From assembly GCA_964016885.1 (NCBI GenBank), contig OZ024748.1:36952001-37016000 (forward strand): DNA of 64,000 nt. The letters run 5' to 3'. The first letter of the stretch is position 1; each line of letters starts with the position of its first letter. A program made the position numbers and the translations under genes. The notes beneath the pieces are model-generated. The model did not search any database and was not told the origin of the DNA. It was given only the letters and a program-made list of their open reading frames with translations. The DNA is from Eledone cirrhosa. Lineage: Eukaryota. This document shows, one piece after another, positions 56,901 through 64,000 of this stretch.

Positions 56901-59900
56901 CTCTCTCCCACTCTCTCATATTACACCAGGTCCTAACACAGAGGAACCAAACTCCCACTGTCACTGCCTCCGTCTCTCTCACTCTCTCATACTAAACCAG
57001 GTCCAACACAGAGGAACCAAACTCCCACTGTCACTGCCTCTGTCTCTCCTACTCTCTCATATACACCAGGTCCGAACATAGAGGTACGAGACCCCCACTG
57101 TCACTGCCTCTGTCTCTCCCACTCACTCATATTACACCAGGTCCTAACACAGAGAAACCAAACTCCCACTGTCACTGCCTCTGTCTCTCCCACTCTCTCA
57201 TATTACACCAGGTCCCAACACAGAGGAACCAAACTCCCACTGTCACTGCCTCTGTCTCTCCCATTCTCTCACATTACACCAGTTCCCAACACAGAGGAAC
57301 CAAACTCCCACTGTCACTGCCTCTGTCTCTCCCACTCTCTCATATTAGACTAGGTCATAACACAGAGGAACCAAACTCCCACTGTCACTGCCTCCGTCTC
57401 TCCCACTCTCTCATACTAAACCAGGTCCAACACAGAGGAACCAAACTCCCACTGTCACTGCCTCTGTCTCTCCCACTCTCTCATATTACACCAGATCCCA
57501 ACACAGAGGAACCAAACTCCCACTGTCACTGCCTCTGTCTCCCCCACTCTCTCATATTACACCAGGTCCCAACACAGAGGAACCAAACTCCCACTGTCAC
57601 TATCCTCTGTCTCTCCCACTCTCTCATAATACACCAGGTCCTAACACAGAGGAACCAAACCCCCACTGTCACTGCCTCTCTCTCTCCCACTCTCTCACAT
57701 TACACCAGTTCCCAACACAGAGGAACCAAACTGCCACTGTCGCTCCCTCTGTCTCTCCCACTCTCTCATATTACACCATGTCCTAACACAGAGGAACCAA
57801 ACTCCCACCGTCACTCCCTCTGTCTCTCCCACTCTCTCATATTACACCATGTCCCAACACAGAGGGACCAAACTCGCACTGTCACTGCCTCTCTCTCTCC
57901 CACTCTCTCATATTAAACCAGGTCCCAACACAGAGGACCCGAACTCCCACTGTCATTGCCTCTGTCTCTCCCACTCTCTCATATTACACCAGGCCCTAAC
58001 ACAGAGGAACCAAACTCACACTGTGACTGCCTCTGTCTCTCCCACTCTCTCACATTACACCAGTTCCCAACACAGAGGAACCAAACTCTCACTGTCACTG
58101 CCTCTCTCTCTCCCACTCTCTCATATTACACCAGGTCCTAACACAGAGGAACCAAACTCCCACTGTCACTGCCTCCGTCTCTCCCACTCTCTCATACTAA
58201 ACCAGGTCCAACACAGAGGAACTAAACTCCCACTGTCACTGCCTCTCTCTCTACCACTCACTCATATTAGACCAGGTCCTAACACAGAGGAACCAAACTC
58301 CCACTGTGACTGCCTCTGTCTCTCCCACTCTCTCACATTACACCAGTTCCCAACACAGAGGAACCAAACTCCCACTGTCACTGCCTCTGTCTCTCCCACA
58401 CTCTCATATGACACCAGGTCCTAACACAGAGGTACCAAACTCCCACTGTCACTGCCTCCGTCTCTCCCACTCTCTCATACTAAACCAGGTCCAATACAGA
58501 GGAACCAAACTCCTACTGTCACTGCCTCTGTCTCTCCCACTCTCTCATATACACCAGGTCCAAACACAGAGGTACGAAACCCCCACTGTCACTGCCTCTG
58601 TGTCTCCCACTCTCTCATATTACACCAGGTCCTAACACAGAGGAACCAAACTCCCACTGTCACTGCCTCCGTCTCTCCCACTCTCTCATACTAAACCAGG
58701 TCCAACACAGAGGAACCAAACTCCTACTGTCACTGCCTCTGTCTCTCCCACTCTCTCATATACACAAGGTCCGAACACAGAGGTACGATACCCCCACTGT
58801 CACTGCCTCTGTCTCTCCCACTCTCTCATATTACACCAGGTCCTAACACAGAGGAACCAAACTCCCACTGTCACTGCCTCCGTCTCTCCCACTCTCTCAT
58901 ACTAAACCAGGTCCAACACAGAGGAACCAAACTCCTACTGTCACTGCCTCTGTCTCTCCCACTCTCTCATACTAAACCAGGTCCAACACAGAGGAACCAA
59001 ACTCCTACTGTCACTGCCTCTGTCTCTCCCACTCTCTCATATACACAAGGTCCGAACACAGAGGTACGAAACCCCCACTGTCACTGCCTCTGTCTCTCCC
59101 ACTCTCTCATATTACACCAGGTCCTAACACAGAGGAACCAAACTCCCACTGTCACTGCCTCTGTCTCTCCCACTCTCTCATATTACACCAGGTCCTAACA
59201 CAGAGGTACGAAACCCCCACTGTCACTGCCTCTGTCTCTCCCACTCTCTCAAATTAGACCAGGTCATAACACAGAGGAACCAAACTCCCACTGTCACTGC
59301 CCCTGTCTCTCTTACTCTCTCATATTACACCAGGTCCCAACACAGAGGGACCAAACTCCCACTGTCACTGCCTCTGTCTCTCCCACTCTCTCATATTACA
59401 CCAGGTCCTAACACAGAGGAACCAAACACCCACTGTCACTGCCTCTCTCTCTCCCACTCTCTCATATTACACCAGGTCCTAACACAGAGGAACCGAACTC
59501 CCACTGTCACTGCCTCCGTCTCTCACACTCTCTCATACTAAACCAGGTCCAACACAGAGGAACCAAACTCCCACTGTCACTGCCTCTGTCTCTCCCACTC
59601 TCTCATATACACCAGGTCTGAACACAGAGGTACGAGACCCCCACTGTCACTGCCTCTGTCTCTTCCACTCTCTCATTTTACACCAGGTCCCAACACAGAG
59701 GTACCAAACTCCCACTGTCACTGCCTCTGTCTCTCCCACTCTCTCATATTACAACAAATCGCAACACAGAGGAACCAAACTCCCACTGTCACTGCCTCTG
59801 TCTCTCCCACTCTCTCATATTACACCAGGTCCCAACACAGAGGAACCAAACTCCCACTGTCACTGCCTCTGTCTCTCCCACTCTCTCATATTACACCAGG

Positions 59901-60789
59901 TCCCAACACAGAGGAACCAAATTCCCACTGTCACTGCCTCTGTCTCTCCCACTCTCTCATGTTACACCAGGTCCCAACACAGAGGAACCAAACTCCACTG
60001 TCACTGCCTCTGTCTCTCCCACTCTCTCATATTAGACCAGGTCCTAACACAGAGGAACCAAACTCCCACTGTCACTGCCTCTGTCTCTCCCACACTCTCA
60101 CATTACACCAGTTCCCAACACAGAGGAACCAAACTCCCATTGTCACTGCCTCTGTCTCTTCCACTCTTTCATATTACACCAGGTCCCAACACAGAGGTAC
60201 CAAACTCCCACTGTCACTGCCTCTGTCTCTCCCACTCTCTCATATTACAACAAATCCCAACACAGAGGAACCAAACTCCCACTGTCACTGCCTCTGTCTC
60301 TCCCACTCTCTCATATTAGACTAGGTCCTAACACAGAGGAACCAAACTCCCACTCTCACTGCCTCTGTCTCTCCCACTCTCTCACATTACACCAGTTCCC
60401 AACACAGAGGAACCAAACTCCCACTGTCACTGCCTCTGTCTCTCCGACACTCTCATATTACACCAGGTCCTAACACAGAGGTACCAAACTCCCACTGTCA
60501 GTGCCTCCATCTCTCCCACTCTCTCATACTAAACCAGGTCCAACACAGAGGAACCAAACTCCTACTGTCACTGCCTCTGTCTCTCCCACTCTCTCATATA
60601 CACCACGTCCGAACACAGAGGTATGAAACCCCCACTGTCACTGCCTCTGTCTCTCCCACTCTCTCATATTACACCAGGTCCCAACACAGAGGAACCAAAC
60701 TCCCACTGTCACTGCCTCTGTCTCTCCCACTCTCTCATATTACACCAGGTCCCAACACAGAGGAACCAAACTCCCACTGTCACTATCCT

Positions 60790-63250
60790 CTGTCTCTCCC
60801 ACTCTCTCATATTACACCATGTCCCAACACAGAGGGACCAAACTCGCACTGTCACTGCCTCTGTCTCTCCCACTCTCTCATATTACATCAGGTCCTAACA
60901 CAGAGGAACCAAACTCCCACTGTCACTGCCTCTGTCTCTCCCACTCTCTCATATTACACCAGGTCCCAACACAGAGGAACCAAACTCCCACTGTCACTGT
61001 CTCTGTCTCTCCCACTCTCTCATATTACACCAGGTCCCAACACAGAGGAACCAAACTCCCACTGTCACTGCCTCTGTCTCTCCCACTCTCTCATATTACA
61101 CCAGGTCCCAACACAGAGGAACCAAACTCCCACTGTCACTATCCTCTGTCTCTCCCACTCTCTCATATTACACCATGTCCCAACACAGAGGGACCAAACT
61201 CGCACTGTCACTGCCTCTCTCTCTCCCACTCTCTCATATTAAACCAGGTCCCAACACAGAGGACCCGAACTCCCACTGTCATTGCCTCTGTCTCTCCCAC
61301 TCTCTCATATTACACCAGGCCCTAACACAGAGGAACCAAACTCACACTGTGACTGCCTCTGTCTCTCCCACTCTCTCACATTACACCAGTTCCCAACACA
61401 GAGGAACCAAACTCTCACTGTCACTGCCTCTCTCTCTCCCACTCTCTCATATTACACCAGGTCCTAACACAGAGGAACCAAACTCCCACTGTCACTGCCT
61501 CCGTCTCTCCCACTCTCTCATACTAAACCAGGTCCAACACAGAGGAACTAAACTCCCACTGTCACTGCCTCTCTCTCTACCACTCTCTCATATTAGACCA
61601 GGTCCTAACACAGAGGAACCAAACTCCCACTGTGACTGCCTCTGTCTCTCCCACTCTCTCACATTACACCAGTTCCCAACACAGAGGAACCAAACTCCCA
61701 CTGTCACTGCCTCTGTCTCTCCCACACTCTCATATGACACCAGGTCCTAACACAGAGGTACCAAACTCCCACTGTCACTGCCTCCGTCTCTCCCACTCTC
61801 TCATACTAAACCAGGTCCAATACAGAGGAACCAAACTCCTACTGTCACTGCCTCTGTCTCTCCCACTCTCTCATATACACCAGGTCCAAACACAGAGGTA
61901 CGAAACACCCACTGTCACTGCCTCTGTGTCTCCCACTCTCTCATATTACACCAGGTCCTAACACAGAGGAACCAAACTCCCACTGTCACTGCCTCCGTCT
62001 CTCCCACTCTCTCATACTAAACCAGGTCCAACACAGAGGAACCAAACTCCTACTGTCACTGCCTCTGTCTCTCCCACTCTCTCATATACACAAGGTCCGA
62101 ACACAGAGGTACGAAACCCCCACTGTCACTGCCTCTGTCTCTCCCACTCTCTCATATTACACCAGGTCCTAACACAGAGGAACCAAACTCCCACTGTCAC
62201 TGCCTCCGTCTCTCCCACTCTCTCATACTAAACCAGGTCCAACACAGAGGAACCAAACTCCTACTGTCACTGCCTCTGTCTCTCCCACTCTCTCATATAC
62301 ACCAGGTTCGAACACAGCAGTATGAAACCCTACTGTCACTGCCTCTGTCTCTCCCACTCTCTCAAATTAGACCAGGTCATAACACAGAGGAACCAAACTC
62401 CCACTGTCACTGCCCCTGTCTCTCTTACTCTCTCATATTACACCAGGTCCCAACACAGAGGGACCAAACTCCCACTGTCACTGCCCCTGTCTCTCTTACT
62501 CTCTCATATTACACCAGGTCCCAACACAGAGGAACCAAACTCCCACTGTCACTGCCTCTGTCTCTCCCACTCTCTCATACTACACCAGGTCCTAACACAG
62601 AGGAACCAAACCCCCACTGTCACTGCCTCTCTCTCTCCCACTCTCTCATATTACACCAGGTCCTAACACAGAGGAACCAAACCCCCACTGTCACTGCCCC
62701 TCTCTCTCCCACTCTCTCATATTACACCAGGTCCTAACACAGAGGACCCAAACTCCCACTGTCACTGCCTCCGTCTCTCTCACTCTCTCATACTAAACCA
62801 GGTCCAACACAGAGGAACCAAACTCCCACTGTCACTGCCTCTGTCTCTCCTACTCTCTCATATACACCAGGTCCGAACATAGAGGTACGAGACCCCCACT
62901 GTCACTGCCTCTGTCTCTCCCACTCACTCATATTACACCAGGTCCTAACACAGAGAAACCAAACTCCCACTGTCACTGCCTCTGTCTCTCCCACTCTCTC
63001 ATATTACACCAGGTCCCAACACAGAGGAACCAAACTCCCACTGTCACTGCCTCTGTCTCTCCCATTCTCTCACATTACACCAGTTCCCAACACAGAGGAA
63101 CCAAACTCCCACTGTCACTGCCTCTGTCTCTCCCACTCTCTCATATTAGACTAGGTCATAACACAGAGGAACCAAACTCCCACTGTCACTGCCTCCGTCT
63201 CTCCCACTCTCTCATACTAAACCAGGTCCAACACAGAGGAACCAAACTCC
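60790..63250 (+). repeat. Partial fourth copy of the domain C HOR, offset about +5802 from copy 3
   Basis: ORF offsets 55373/61175, 55830/61632 and 56520/62322 are +5802. Private markers CAGCAGTATG, GCCCCTGTCTCTCTTAC, AACATAGAGG and GAGAAACC appear in the same order. Confidence 0.88.
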
Positions 63251-64000
63251 CACTGTCACTGCCTCTGTCTCTCCCACTCTCTCATATACACCAGGTCTGA
63301 ACACAGAGGTACGAGACCCCCACTGTCACTGCCTCTGTCTCTCCCACTCTCTCATATTACACCAGGTCCCAACACAGAGGAACCAAACTCCCACTGTCAC
63401 TGCCTCTGTCTCTCCCACTCTCTCATATTACACCAGTTCCCAACACAGAGGAACCAAACTCCCACTGTCACTGCCTCTGTCTCTCCCACTCTCTCATATT
63501 ACACCAGGTCCCAACACAGAGGTACCAAACTCCCACTGTCACTGCCTCTGTCTCTCCCACTCTCTCATATTACAACAAATCCCAACACAGAGGAACCAAA
63601 CTCCCACTGTCACTGCCTCTGTCTCTCCCACTCTCTCATATTAGACTAGGTCATAACACAGAGGAACCAAACTCACACTGTCACCGCCTCTGTCTCTCCC
63701 ACTCTCTCACATTACACCAGTTCCCAACACAGAGGAACCAAACTCCCACTGTCACTGCCTCTGTCTCTCCGACACTCTCATATTACACCAGGTCCTAACA
63801 CAGAGGTACCAAATCCCCACTGTCAGTGCCTCCGTCTCTCCCACTCTCTCATATTACACCAGGTCCCAACACAGAGGAACCAAACTCCCACTGTCACTAT
63901 CCTCTGTCTCTCCCACTCTCTCATATTACACCATGTCCCAACACAGAGGGACCAAACTCGCACTGTCACTGCCTCTGTCTCTCCCACTCTCTCATATTAC

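Larger units (their letters stand above)
34720..58380 (+). repeat. Three tandem copies of a 7579-bp (~107-monomer) higher-order repeat, domain C: ~34720-42300, ~42300-50800 (8503 bp, carrying 924 bp extra), ~50800-58380
   Basis: ORF offsets 35126/42705, 36658/44237, 38242/45821, 39291/46870, 47794/55373, 48941/56520 and 50270/57849 are +7579. Offsets 42705/51208 and 40438/48941 are +8503. The marker G of CCCACGCTC lies at 34739 and 42318. Confidence 0.93.
1..64000 (+). repeat. 71-bp monomer satellite DNA array, ~900 tandem copies, continuing past both window edges
   Basis: AACACAGAGG recurs at 31, 102, 173, 244, 315 and onward (period 71; 70 in deletion variants) to the end of the window. 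Every stretch read matches the consensus with only a few substitutions or 1-bp indels. I saw no foreign sequence and no inversion. Confidence 0.99.

Noticed and set aside
237-62666. About 100 ORFs of 60-499 aa as protein-coding genes (mucin-like or His/Cys-rich)
   Set aside because: All are translations of the 71-bp repeat. The same peptide appears in all three frames, starts arise from sporadic variants, frameshifting 70-bp monomers are frequent, and there is no unique domain.
1-64000. CRISPR array (71-bp period resembles repeat plus spacer)
   Set aside because: There are no unique spacers, since the whole unit is conserved, and there is no leader or cas gene.
1-64000. Canonical G-quadruplex array on the G-rich strand
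   Set aside because: There are only two or three GGG runs per monomer, separated by about 20 nt or more, which does not fit G3N1-7 patterns.
1-64000. Assignment to a named satellite family, organism or centromere; embedded transposons or inversions
   Set aside because: I do not recognise the monomer as a known family and see no CENP-B box. Location needs external data. No non-satellite or reverse-oriented segment was seen by eye, though a very short one could have been missed.

Overview
The whole 64 kb window is one uninterrupted, head-to-tail tandem (satellite) array of a 71-bp monomer, about 900 copies, all in the same orientation. The + strand consensus is AACACAGAGGAACCAAACTCCCACTGTCACTGCCTCTGTCTCTCCCACTCTCTCATATTACACCAGGTCC(T/C): about 51% GC, C:G = 28:8, no CpG. 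I see no credible protein-coding gene, RNA gene, CRISPR array or transposon. All listed ORFs are translations of the repeat. The information lies in the ordering of variant monomers, which form nested higher-order repeats (HORs): a 211-bp trimer, then blocks of 1274, 1347, 2407, 3116, 4744, 5173, 5595 and 7579/7580 bp. These fall into three variant-defined domains: A about 1-14.5 kb, B about 14.5-30.7 kb, and C about 33.3-64 kb. Features worth follow-up are: (i) tRNA-like box A/box B motifs at roughly tRNA spacing on the minus strand of a tRNA-sized monomer; (ii) two mutually exclusive hairpins per monomer, one of which is perfected by several different variants; (iii) a 107-monomer spacing seen in two different domains; and (iv) a unique 24-bp slippage duplication that exposes an internal sub-repeat. 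The source is probably a eukaryotic (likely animal) genome, but organism and chromosomal location cannot be determined from this window. HOR periods come from ORF-track offsets and marker variants, and block boundaries are approximate (plus or minus 1-3 monomers).
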